Shown: piece by piece, positions 32,615-42,019 of the stretch | Numbering within the stretch: the stretch's first letter is position 1 | Layout: the number at the start of each line of letters is the position of its first letter | Assembly (NCBI GenBank): GCA_963813025.1 | Contig: CAWEXO010000008.1 | Location: 256,001 to 320,000 of the forward strand | DNA length: 64,000 bases | Direction of reading: 5' to 3' | Origin: an uncultured Verrucomicrobiae bacterium | GTDB taxonomy: Bacteria > Verrucomicrobiota > Verrucomicrobiia > Chthoniobacterales > JAFAMB01 | Notes under the pieces: generated by a model | What the model saw: only the letters and a program-made list of their open reading frames with translations | Told to the model about the DNA's origin: nothing | Database searches by the model: none | Position numbers and translations under genes: made by a program

Positions 32615-33838
32615 TTACCCCTGCCTTGCGGCGGGTGGTTCGGGTGAGAAGCACGTTCTGGCGAACTGACTCACCCGCTCCGCAAAATGTTTGTGATGCT
32701 CAATCAGGCCCATGTGCTTGGCCGGCTTGAGCACGGTCAGGTGCGAGCCGGCAATGTCCTGCTGCATGCGCTGACTCGCCTCCGGTTTGCACACCGGATC
32801 GCGGTTTCCGGCGATCACCGCCGTGGGCACCGTGATGGTTTTGAGCGTCGTTGTCGCGTCGTAAAGCAGCATGCTCAACATGCCGCGAGCGAGCACCGCT
32901 GGCGAGGCTTTGACCCCCAAGCGGGTAACGCGCTCAACTTGCTCCCAAGTTTCACCTCCGGCAAATCCGCTGCTCTTGCTGGACAGGTGGGAAGAGCCAT
33001 TGAGGTAGCTCAGCTGGTTCATCAACCAGACAAGCGGCGCAAGCCCAATTGTTAGGTACAACAAAGGCACGATCACTGGACGCTCCAGGGCGCTGAGCAA
33101 ACCGGCCATATTCGTAGTGCGCACCGGGTTGGTGTAGGTGGTCTGGACTAAGGCAATGCCGCCGACGCGCGTCTCCAATTCCCGGGTGAAAAGCCGACAG
33201 AAAGTCAGGGTTATCATCCCGCCGATGCTGTGACCCAACAGAATGGCCGGACGATCGCCCGCCAAGGCCAGCACCGCTTGCAAGTGGCTGGCAAGGTTCT
33301 CTAGGCGGTAGTCCTGGTCGGTGGAAGGGGTCGAGCGTCCAAGGCCAGGCAAATCCCAGACGATGAGTCGAAAGTGACCCGCTAAGTCTTGTCTAAGGTA
33401 ATCCCATTCTGTGCGATCGGCCCCCCAGCCGTGGGTGAGAACGATGACCGGGCCGTCCACTGGGCCGTAGCACTCGACGTGGAGTTCGGCGCCGTCGGGT
33501 CGTCCAAGGCGAGATACAACCGCCTCTTCCCGCGAGTGCCTCGATGCAGCATTGTCGTCGGTGGAACCTTTGGCCCTAGTCAAGAGGCCAAAGGCGGCAC
33601 GTACGACCAGTCCGCCGACTAAAGCCCACAATAGCAGGGCTGCGGCAATTGCGAGGAACAAGGTCGGAGGGTTAAAGCCCAAGTGCGGGGCAAAATACGA
33701 GCGCTCGTGGTCGAAGTCGTAGCTCCATGACCGCCGGTACCATTCGTGGCTACAATAAAGACCTGCCCCGATCAGGATGAACGAGAACAAGCCTAAAAAC
33801 CAAACTCGGAGGATGGACGTAGGAATCATAACTGCCAA
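32615..33838 (-). CDS. Membrane-anchored alpha/beta hydrolase
   Basis: HGWG, DLPGLG, GHSIGG nucleophile, C-terminal Asp and His. Confidence 0.85.
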   Translation of the reverse strand: MAVMIPTSILRVWFLGLFSFILIGAGLYCSHEWYRRSWSYDFDHERSYFAPHLGFNPPTLFLAIAAALLLWALVGGLVVRAAFGLLTRAKGSTDDNAASRHSREEAVVSRLGRPDGAELHVECYGPVDGPVIVLTHGWGADRTEWDYLRQDLAGHFRLIVWDLPGLGRSTPSTDQDYRLENLASHLQAVLALAGDRPAILLGHSIGGMITLTFCRLFTRELETRVGGIALVQTTYTNPVRTTNMAGLLSALERPVIVPLLYLTIGLAPLVWLMNQLSYLNGSSHLSSKSSGFAGGETWEQVERVTRLGVKASPAVLARGMLSMLLYDATTTLKTITVPTAVIAGNRDPVCKPEASQRMQQDIAGSHLTVLKPAKHMGLIEHHKHFAERVSQFARTCFSPEPPAARQG

Positions 33839-34034
33839 ATAGAGCGCGGAATAACGTCAATGCTGCAGTGCACTCGGTAAAAAAAAGGCGCGGTGAAGGT
33901 TAGCACTTCCAGTTAAAGGGCTTCGGATGAAACAGGTTTATCTCTGAGCCGTTTGTAAACGTGACAAAGGAACGGCCGCGAACCCATCTAATGGCGCAAC
34001 GCGCCTGCCCTGGCCACCGACGTGAAAGGACAGA

Positions 34035-34282
34035 CTAACCCCCGACAAGGCGAACCAGCAACACAACGACGATAGCGCCCACAATCGACAGGAAAAATCC
34101 CGGGGATGAAAGCTCGAGCCCTCGGCGGGCGGGGAGAACAGTCGCGCGAGCAATCCGCCCACGACCGACCCGATGATGCCCAGTAAAGTCGTTCCGAGGA
34201 AGCCCATGTGGGTGTGCATGATCGCGCTCGCAATCAGCCCGACGATGAAACCGACAATAATCGACCAGAGAAGATGTAACAT
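34035..34282 (-). CDS. GlsB/YeaQ/YmgE family stress membrane protein (1-bp frameshift near 34100)
   Basis: WSIIVGFIVGLIA..LGIIGSVVGG..GFFLSIVGAIVVVLL. Confidence 0.75.
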
Positions 34283-34313
34283 AGGCCCGACTGCTAGACA
34301 AAATCCTGACCTT

Positions 34314-34805
34314 CTACTTGGTGACCGCAACGTTGATCATCGACTTGGCTAGCTGCGTTAGCTTCTTGTCGGTTGCATCTTCCTCGCTCAAGGTCTTTTG
34401 TAGGAGTTCTTCGCCCTCTTTGTCTCCAAGCAATCCGGCATAGGTTCGAACGGTTCCATAACCAGCCATCTCGTAGTGTTCTACCCTCTGGGCAGCTGCG
34501 ATCAGACCGGCATCCTTGACCTCTGGATCGGCCTCTTCTTCAATCATTTCGGCGCCTTCGGCCACAATACCTTCCATTCCCTTACATTTCGGGCCGCGGG
34601 TGGACTGTGCGTGACTAGATAAGATTTTCTCTAGCCGTTGGACATGCTCTTTTGTCTGTTCAAGGTGCTCCTTGAATCCGGCCGCAAGTTGCTCGTTAGT
34701 AGCCGCCTCTGCCATTTTAGGGAGCGCCTGCGTTAGTTGCCGTTCGGCGCTGTAGAGGTCTTTTAATTCGTGATAATAAAGGTCTTGGAGAGTTTCGAGT
34801 TCCAT
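34314..34805 (-). CDS. Ferritin-like DUF892 (YciF-like) protein
   Basis: ELKDLYSAERQ, HLEQT..RLE, CKGMEG, AQRVEHYEMAGYGT. Confidence 0.9.
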   Translation of the reverse strand: MELETLQDLYYHELKDLYSAERQLTQALPKMAEAATNEQLAAGFKEHLEQTKEHVQRLEKILSSHAQSTRGPKCKGMEGIVAEGAEMIEEEADPEVKDAGLIAAAQRVEHYEMAGYGTVRTYAGLLGDKEGEELLQKTLSEEDATDKKLTQLAKSMINVAVTK

Positions 34806-34841
34806 ACCCTCTTGATTCGTGAGTGCCCGCTGTCGCGGACT

Positions 34842-34857
34842 TGCCGTAAAAGTGCCA
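34842..34857 (-). promoter_or_regulatory. Possible sigma54 -24/-12 element upstream of the DUF892 gene
   Basis: TGGCACTTTTACGGCA (GG-N10-GC); the -12 box is imperfect. Confidence 0.3.
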
Positions 34858-34959
34858 CAAGCCGTTGCCCGGGAAAATGTCAGGATGCCCTTCCGGGCAG
34901 CACTCCGCCCGAAAACTACTCAAAAAAGATCTTAGGATCTCGAGACTAAAACCGACAAG

Positions 34960-35230
34960 CCGCGGCGCAACTACAGGGCTGAGCAGGACATGATCGATGC
35001 GCAGACCCGCGGGCGAACGCGTTCCGGAAATATTTTCAAAAGGTGTATGCATTTGACGGCTGCAGCGTGCGCAAAGCATCGGTCTAGCCCTGCGCGACGC
35101 GTGGGCGTTGCGCACCTCGGGCCGAGAGAGCGTGTCGTTCCGCCCGCGCTCCGGTGTGTAAACGTCGAGCTCGGCATGATGTTGTAGGCGCCGACGAGCA
35201 CGACCGGCCCGCCGGTTGTCGCCCGGCTCC
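34960..35230 (-). pseudogene. Degraded exodeoxyribonuclease III fragment
   Basis: PVVLVGAYNIMP and AGLRIDHVLLSP in different frames. Confidence 0.55.
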
Positions 35231-35339
35231 TCCCTCCTCCGTTCATCCGCAAAGATCGCCTGACTGTTCACGAATGAAACATTGACGTCCTTGAGAAAAC
35301 GTTTCTCGCCGCTGAAGCAATCACGGTCGTAGCGACGAG

Positions 35340-35824
35340 CGTTAACAGTCACGTTTATTGCGGACTTCGCCACTTGCGACAGCTTTTGGTCGGTTTGTCT
35401 TTCCTCTTCAAGCGTCGTTTCAAGAAGTTGAGCACCTTCCTGGTCGCCCAGAAGTTCAGCGTAAGCACGGGTGGTTCCATACCCTGCCATTTCGTAATGC
35501 TCGACGCGTTGCGCCGCGGCAATCAATTCCGCACCTTTGACCTCCGGATCGGCCTCTTCCTCCATCATTTCCGCTCCCCCGCGAGCACACCTTCCATGCC
35601 TTTGCACTTGGCTCCGCGCGTGGTTTGATGGTGGTTGGTCAGGAGCTTCCAAGACGGGCAGCATGTTCCTTGGTGTGCTCAAGATGTTCTTTGAATCCGG
35701 CAGCCAACTTTTCGTGCTGAGCCGCTTTCACCATTTTGGGAAACGCTACAATAATCTGCTTCTCAGCGCTGTAGAGATCTTTCAATTCGTGATAGTAAAG
35801 GTCCTGGAGAGTTTTGAGTTCTAT
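35340..35824 (-). pseudogene. Degraded second DUF892 copy
   Basis: Start ATG changed to ATA, frameshifts, retains LIAAAQRVEHYEMAGYGT. Confidence 0.85.
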
Positions 35825-35988
35825 ACAGGACAGGATCGTGACAGCGGGCGTTCGCGGACTTGGTGAGGATTTGCATGGGAGAAGCTCACGCCAACGCTCG
35901 ACAGAGTTAAAATACCCGGATGTGCAAATTACGCTCGAAGTCCCCGCCCCTCAGAAAACATGGATTAACCTGCCCAACGTGCGGATTC

Positions 35989-36876
35989 CTAAAAACGGCG
36001 TTGTGCTTCGGCCCGTTCGGCCAGGATCACCTTCTCCTGGGACACCCGGCGTAGTTTGCGGGCTAGGCCTAACTTCGATAAAGTCCAAATGAGCCATTTG
36101 GTGGGATCGAACTGCCAGGGCTTAACTCCGTTGCGGTAATCGTGCTGAAATTCGTGGTGGTAGTTATGATATCCCTCTCCAAAGGTAAGGAGTGCCATGA
36201 ACCACGAATCGCGCGCGCTACATCGAGAAGAGTAGGGCTGCGTTCCCAGGGAATGGCAGAGCGAATTGATGCAAAATGTACAGTGCTGCAGCACCACAAT
36301 GCGGGCCACCCCTCCGATGAGGAAAGCTCCCAGAGCCGCCACCCAGCCGCCCCAACAAAATCCGACCACCACTGGCAGGGCAAAGGCGACCACCGCGCCG
36401 ATCCAATGGATGTAACGGTTCTGCCAACGCACCAGCGGGTCTTTTTGCAAATCGGCCACGTTGTCGAAGGGCGGCAGAGGGTCGAGCTTGAACAATAGCC
36501 AGCCGATGTGGGCATGAAAGAGTCCCTTGGAAATGCAGTAAGGGTCTTCATCATGGTCGACGTGCTTGTGGTGATTACGGTGCTCGCAGGCCCAGAGTAA
36601 TGCGGAGTTCTCAAAGGCGGCCGCGCCGAATACCAGCACGAAAAGGCGCACCGTCCAATGGGCTTGGAAGGCGAGGTGGGAAAAGAGCCGGTGGTAACCT
36701 AAGCTGATGGAAAAGCCGCAGGCACAAAACATGGCCACAAAGAGGCCCGCCTGGAAGGCGTCGAGCCCGAAGCAGTAGATGTAGGCGGGCACGGCCGACA
36801 GCGCGAGCAGCAAGGTGCCGATCAGAAAGGAGCTGATGGGCCAGTTAACCCGGTCAAAAGGGATCCGTGAAAACAT
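35989..36876 (-). CDS. Delta-9 acyl-CoA-type desaturase (possibly 3' truncated)
   Basis: GYHRLFSH, HRNHH, GEGYHNYHH, DYRNG, DPTKW. Confidence 0.9.
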   Translation of the reverse strand: MFSRIPFDRVNWPISSFLIGTLLLALSAVPAYIYCFGLDAFQAGLFVAMFCACGFSISLGYHRLFSHLAFQAHWTVRLFVLVFGAAAFENSALLWACEHRNHHKHVDHDEDPYCISKGLFHAHIGWLLFKLDPLPPFDNVADLQKDPLVRWQNRYIHWIGAVVAFALPVVVGFCWGGWVAALGAFLIGGVARIVVLQHCTFCINSLCHSLGTQPYSSRCSARDSWFMALLTFGEGYHNYHHEFQHDYRNGVKPWQFDPTKWLIWTLSKLGLARKLRRVSQEKVILAERAEAQRRF

Positions 36877-37109
36877 GGGTCATTGGAAGCTGGCTTAACC
36901 ACCTCGATAGAGTGGGCCGTCGCTACGATGCAAGCTGGCGTCTCGCGTAGGCGAGTCTGTAGGCATCAGAGCAAACGTATCCATGACTAAAGAAGAGCGG
37001 CTTTCTCGGGGCGGCCCCTGAAAGGTTTAGCTGGTATTCTTACCTTTCACACTAGATTGATCTCACGAGCGCCCATTCCCAAAACTCGGCCCGCTAAGGA
37101 CTACGCCGA

Positions 37110-38177
37110 TCACGATCCGGGTTGTTCACCTTTTTGCTTTGATCGCTGTGGTCGCGGTGCCGGCTTTAATTGCTTCTCCTCGGCAGCGCGGACAGCCTCC
37201 TCTTTCGCCTGACTAGCTACTGCGCCCACTTTACCCGCTATTTCAGAAATTTTGTCGCCAGCAACCTCTGGCGTTATTCCCTGTCGCTTGGCTTCGTCCA
37301 TGGTGGTCGTTGCAACCCGTTCTGCCACCGCCTTTGCCTTGTCCAAGGTTTCTTTCCCTCTTTCCTTGACTTGCTCGACGAGCCGGTCGGACTTTTCGCC
37401 CATCAATTTATCTTCTTGCCGTGTCCTCGGAAGAAGGAGGCCTGTCAACAGACCGACACCTAGAAAACCAACAGCTACCGCGAGAGGATATTCTTCTACC
37501 GCCTCCTGAAACCTGTCTCCGGCGTAGACATAGCCTTCCTGAAGATGCTGGGTCGCGCCGCTTCCGGCGCGCCTGCTCCGGCGAACGCCTTCACCCACTA
37601 CGTTCCCGGCCGATGTGGCCGTAGTTTGGACGCCGATGCCAATGCCCGATATCTTTCCTGTCACAGCCTCAGTAGCACCTGAGAGTGCTTCCTGAACTTG
37701 CGCAGTTTTTTCTTTTATTACTGATGCAATACCACTTTTTTCGGATTGCTCGTACGGCATCAGAGGCTCGGTCTCCCCTGCACTGGGTGAGCCAGGCATC
37801 TGCGGATCATCAGCCGCTCCAGACCTTTGATTCTCTGTCTGCGTGGGATCGTCAGTCTCCGCACGTAAGATCATCCAGGTAATTCCAGCGCCGATCAATA
37901 GTGCCGGCATCGGATTTTCCTTCACTTGTCGCACGACATTGCGATACCCGCGCTTCAGCGAGTCGCCTGACCCGCTGTCGGCCTGGTGAGCTCCATGGGA
38001 TTCAAACCAACCTAAAACGTCGTTAATGAGCGACCGCGGACTTAACCGCTCATTTAAGTCTTCGAGAGTATCATCCAAGCGCCCTCGAGTTCGCCGAATG
38101 TCGCTCTTTATCTCGCCGGTCGAGCGCGTGTCCTCTTTTGGCGGATTTGACGTTAGTGGATCTTGTTCTGGGCCCAT
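37110..38177 (-). CDS. DUF3618 domain protein
   Basis: EIKSDIRRTRGRLDDTLEDLNERLSP, ENPMPALLIG, YPLAVAVG..LPRTRQED. Confidence 0.8.
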   Translation of the reverse strand: MGPEQDPLTSNPPKEDTRSTGEIKSDIRRTRGRLDDTLEDLNERLSPRSLINDVLGWFESHGAHQADSGSGDSLKRGYRNVVRQVKENPMPALLIGAGITWMILRAETDDPTQTENQRSGAADDPQMPGSPSAGETEPLMPYEQSEKSGIASVIKEKTAQVQEALSGATEAVTGKISGIGIGVQTTATSAGNVVGEGVRRSRRAGSGATQHLQEGYVYAGDRFQEAVEEYPLAVAVGFLGVGLLTGLLLPRTRQEDKLMGEKSDRLVEQVKERGKETLDKAKAVAERVATTTMDEAKRQGITPEVAGDKISEIAGKVGAVASQAKEEAVRAAEEKQLKPAPRPQRSKQKGEQPGS

Positions 38178-38563
38178 TTTTTGTCTTCTTTCAGAGTTTC
38201 AACGGTCTTTTCAGGAACGAATGACAGCTTTTTCAAAGTCTCGACACCTTTGACTATCATTACGACGCTGATTGCTCCAATAACGAGCCCAACAATCAGA
38301 AGGCCGAGAAATATCGCCCAACCGATGCTGACGCCGTTTGCTAGCAGCTGGTGAGAGATTAAGGAACTGATAGCCAACAAGAGAAAAGTAATCGCACAGT
38401 AAGCGACCAAAGCGCCTCCCGCGACGTAGGTTACGTTCAGCGCCGTGCTGGAGATCTTTTCGCTGATCTCCTTTTTGGCAAGAGTTATTTCTTCGCGCAA
38501 GAGGAGAACCCCCTCTTCACGCAGGTCTTTCAGTAACTCAGCGATGGTCGGTTGGTTTGCCAT
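38153..38563 (-). CDS. Phage holin-like family (DUF1469/YqjE-like) membrane protein
   Basis: LLREEITLAKKEI, 2 TM segments, PEKTVETLKED. Confidence 0.8.
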   Translation of the reverse strand: MANQPTIAELLKDLREEGVLLLREEITLAKKEISEKISSTALNVTYVAGGALVAYCAITFLLLAISSLISHQLLANGVSIGWAIFLGLLIVGLVIGAISVVMIVKGVETLKKLSFVPEKTVETLKEDKKWAQNKIH

Positions 38564-38569
38564 GTTTGC

Positions 38570-39175
38570 CTAAAGCGCCCCTTCCGGCGCAGACGCTATT
38601 GTGGATGGTGAAGCCGAGGACGCCCGCGAATGATTTCGATTACTTTCGACGCTCGACACGCGACTGTTTGCCGCGCCGCGGTCCGATGCCTTTAGAAAAC
38701 GGGCTGCCACTAAACCCGCCCCGAACATTATACCAAAAGCAATTTCCGGGCGCCGGCGTGCGAAGTGTCCGGCGTCGTCGTAGATCTCGGAGATCTTTCT
38801 TTCACGCAAATACGTAGAAGCGCGGTCCAACCGGGAGGCTACTTCATCAGCCCGACTGGCCAGGGCAGCATGACCCTCTTGATTCAACTTTTCCGAAGCT
38901 GCCTTTGCCGCCTGATGATATTCGTGAACTATGTCTGCTAATCTATTCTTTTGCTCGTTGACGACCTCCTGCCCATAGCCCGCCGTTTTTTGTGCTACTT
39001 CCTTTATTTCTGTCTTCGCGCTCTCAAAAGAAGCAGCCGCCTGTTCAGATGCACCGTGTTTTACCTTCGCAGCCTCTTTTTGGACGGTTCCAACCTCGCT
39101 TTTCAGTTGCTGCGCTGCCGGCGGATCTTGTTCCCGCTCTGAAGCGGCGGCCTCGGATGGTGGTAAATTGTCCAT
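38570..39175 (-). CDS. Helical stress-associated protein, first gene of the DUF3618 triad
   Basis: RLDRASTYLRE..FARRRPEIAFG..GLVAARFLKAS. Confidence 0.7.
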   Translation of the reverse strand: MDNLPPSEAAASEREQDPPAAQQLKSEVGTVQKEAAKVKHGASEQAAASFESAKTEIKEVAQKTAGYGQEVVNEQKNRLADIVHEYHQAAKAASEKLNQEGHAALASRADEVASRLDRASTYLRERKISEIYDDAGHFARRRPEIAFGIMFGAGLVAARFLKASDRGAANSRVSSVESNRNHSRASSASPSTIASAPEGAL

Positions 39176-39479
39176 GAAATTTCCTTTAGTTTGGATTCGA
39201 TGGGATAGAGGATTGGCTGCTAATGGGATCGCAAGTGGAATGCGAAGAGGATGTTTAAAAGTCGCTCGTTCGCCTTTTTCTCGGTCCGAAAAAGCGCCAC
39301 AGCTTGTCGTGTTTTTACCTTGGTTTTCATAGAGCAACGCTAAGTCGTAGAGGCTCTGCGCCGGGCGAGGATGCGCCGACTTCGTGGCTTTTGGGGTAAA
39401 ACTTGACTTTCACGCAATTAAAAAAATCCTTGGAAAAAGAAAATGGCTCCTTGTTCTTTATCTCGCGCGTAATCTGGCA

Positions 39480-39881
39480 AGCGAAGTTCGGCGGATGGTC
39501 ATGGATTCGTTTTCGGAAACCATGACTTCGATCGAAGTCGAGTTGAAAACACGGGTTCGCGGGCGCGGCGCTGATGGAAGGGCGCGTCACGAGGAACGAG
39601 TCACGGGCAATCTTGCCTACGCGACCTTCGTTCATGATACCTCCCGGCCGGTGGATGGGATTCCGGATCCTCATTTTCACATCCATTCCTACGTTCTGAA
39701 CGCGACATTCGACCCGGAAGAAAACCGCTGGAAAGCAGGATTCTTCCGGGATCTGAAGGCTGATGCGCCGTTCTGGGAAGCATTTTTCAACGAGGCCTTC
39801 GCGCAAGTCAAAGGGGAGCTCGGCGCTAAGACGCGCGAGGCCAAAGACAAGGGTCCTATGGACCAGGCCAAGCTGTGGTAG
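39480..39881 (+). mobile_element. MobF (TrwC/TraI-type) relaxase internal fragment
   Basis: TGNLAYATFVHDTSRPVDGIPDPHFHIHSYVLNAT (HUH motif); catalytic Tyr N-terminus absent. Confidence 0.85.
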
Positions 39882-39884
39882 AAG

Positions 39885-40150
39885 TTTGTGCCTAAACGAT
39901 TCCAGACCTCTGGGGGTAGTGTTCCGAAGACACGGAGAGTTTTGCCTTCAGCAACCGGTGGCATGCTGGGCCCAAATGGCGGGGCTGGTTCAGGGCTCAC
40001 GGGTACGGCTGGGGCTCCGGGCGCTGGCTGCGGTGGTATGACAAGAGCTAGGGTTGGGCCAGCTTTTTCGGCTTTCGCCATGGTCAGCAGAAAGACGTCG
40101 CTGTCGAATGCTATCTCATCCGGCGCGAACAGTTCGGCGAACCAGATGCG
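39885..40150 (-). pseudogene. Probable DUF499-type ATPase C-terminal fragment
   Basis: DEIAFDSDVFLL..Pro-rich linker..GTLPPEVWNRLGT (recalled resemblance only). Confidence 0.45.
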
Positions 40151-40490
40151 ATCGTAAGTACCATCATCGCGTTGCCCCGAAACGAGTCCAAAAAATCGCC
40201 ATTCTGAACGAACTCCACAATCTTGCGCAGTTACTTCACGAAGTATTGGTAAACTTCGGTGCAGCTCTTACGAGCTGCTGAAGGAGAACTCCAAGCTTCA
40301 AATGATCTCGAAAACCGCCGCCAGGGTCAAGGACGTTTCTTTTCTCTTGTCGAACAAGGTTTTGGGCAGCTCACGCCTTCCAAGTTGCGAATGGTACTCG
40401 CGAATTTCTTGGCCTGCTTCAACCTGTAGTAGTTGGTCTTTTTAATTAGCGTCTCAACGAGAGGACTCATTTGCGCCTCAAAGTCTTGCC

Positions 40491-40991
40491 TCAATGGTTC
40501 GTTTCGGCGGTATAACTGACCTTCTTTTCAGTCCCTTTGTTCGAGTTCGGGTACCGGGTCCGACCACGAGATTTTTCACTGCGCGCCAAGCTTTGGTGCC
40601 ATAATGCAATCAGCCGTCTTTTAACGTCAATGATTCTGGGCCGCCCGGAGGATCTGGATCTTGCATGCGGGATCTTCAGTCCTATCACTCGCCTAGAGTC
40701 TTGCCGGTTTGCCGGGATTCCGGCAGCTGCATTCGTCGACACCTCTTGATCATTTATTTCTGGAGTTAACGCGAGAACGGGAGTCGGAGTCGACGCTGCG
40801 ACGCTCATCTGTGAGAAGGGATTTTTCTGCGGAGAAATCTCAGCGACCGGGCTTCCGGCGAGCGCCGCTTTTCCTTCGGGATTGATATGCCTCGGATGCT
40901 CTTGTATCGCGAGCACGACCGCCCCGAAAACAACTACACCCAAAACGCCCGTTCCAAACCCAACATATTCGCGATTGATGGTTTTAATCAT
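40491..40991 (-). CDS. Hypothetical protein with one N-terminal TM segment
   Basis: 166-aa ORF with hydrophobic N-terminus and basic C-terminus. Confidence 0.45.
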   Translation of the reverse strand: MIKTINREYVGFGTGVLGVVVFGAVVLAIQEHPRHINPEGKAALAGSPVAEISPQKNPFSQMSVAASTPTPVLALTPEINDQEVSTNAAAGIPANRQDSRRVIGLKIPHARSRSSGRPRIIDVKRRLIALWHQSLARSEKSRGRTRYPNSNKGTEKKVSYTAETNH

Positions 40992-41096
40992 GTCATGTGT
41001 CCCGCCAAAAAAGAACGGAATTATCCTGGCCTGCGTTTAAATTCCGCGACCTGTGATGAGCCTGACTGCCACCACAATCACGGTCGCCTTTCACAA

Positions 41097-41345
41097 TCAG
41101 CGTGAAGAAAGATCCGGGATACCCGCAGTGAGCGCAGCCACGTCGCAATCCAGGGCGACGCACAAGGTGCACAGCCCCGAGAAGGTCACGTTGCGTTCGC
41201 CGCGTTCGACTCCTCCAACATAGGTGTGATGGAGGCCGCAGACGGCGGCAAAGGTCCGTTGGTTGAATCCGAGTGCGGTTCGCGCATTTCGCAGCCGCAG
41301 TCCCAGTCTCAACAATTCCACGCGCGGGGTATTCATTAGAGTCAT
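41097..41345 (-). CDS. XRE family HTH regulator
   Basis: LRNAR..QRTFA..GLHHTYVGGVERGERNVT. Confidence 0.85.
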   Translation of the reverse strand: MTLMNTPRVELLRLGLRLRNARTALGFNQRTFAAVCGLHHTYVGGVERGERNVTFSGLCTLCVALDCDVAALTAGIPDLSSR

Positions 41346-41631
41346 AGAGTCCTTAAAGTCTCAGGGCGTCCATCGTTGAAGGGCTCTCACTCGGCGCCGC
41401 CGTCAACCGGTGAGGCTGCGTGCTCTTAAAAGCTCGCCTCGCGCGGGATCACGTTCTAAGCCGTTGCCGGAAAGATGTCGCTTTCTCGCGGATTCCTCAC
41501 AGTCAACCCAAAAAGAGCACAACCCAGCATACTGCTTTAGATGAGTTGTCCCTATCTTTTAGCTATAGCCACGAAAGAACGCCTCGACTCGACCATTTTC
41601 CCTCGCGCCGGCTCCAGGTAAGGTTGCTAGC

Positions 41632-41865
41632 TTACGCGGCCGCCTGATCGCTCGCGCAAACCTGTACCAACGTATCAACAAAGCGCGCTACGACGCTAGC
41701 CGACACGCTGTCCGCTTTCCAAACGGCTCCGACCGGCATCTGCAGGGGCTTTTTCGCGCTCAACTCGCGAAAGACAACCCCATCGGTGCCCTCCCGCTCG
41801 AAAGGTTTACTCACCACCGCTAATCCAAAGCCCGCAGTCACAAAGGCCAGGGCGCTGGAGGCGGC
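41632..41865 (-). pseudogene. LysR substrate-binding 3' fragment
   Basis: ALAFVTAGFGLAVV..GVVFREL..AVWK. Confidence 0.7.
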
Positions 41866-42019
41866 ATGAGCTTCTTTGACGAGCTTTGGGACAAAACCTG
41901 CGTTTACCCCGTTATTTCGGACACTGATTTTGGGCTGATTAGTGTTTATTGCTGCAGCGTGCTGATGGCATGTTCAAGACACACGGTGTTCCAAAGCGCG
42001 AGCGAGGCAACAACCAGAT

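Noticed and set aside
34717..35682. 321-aa ORF
   Set aside because: Chimeric frame through the DUF892 and ExoIII remnants
38153..38563. Prophage implied by a holin-like gene
   Set aside because: No phage structural, lysis or integrase genes; this family normally occurs in the DUF3618 stress triad
39230..39245. Further sigma54-like boxes (TCGCATTCCACTTGC; also near 25990)
   Set aside because: Invariant GG missing or GG-GC spacing wrong
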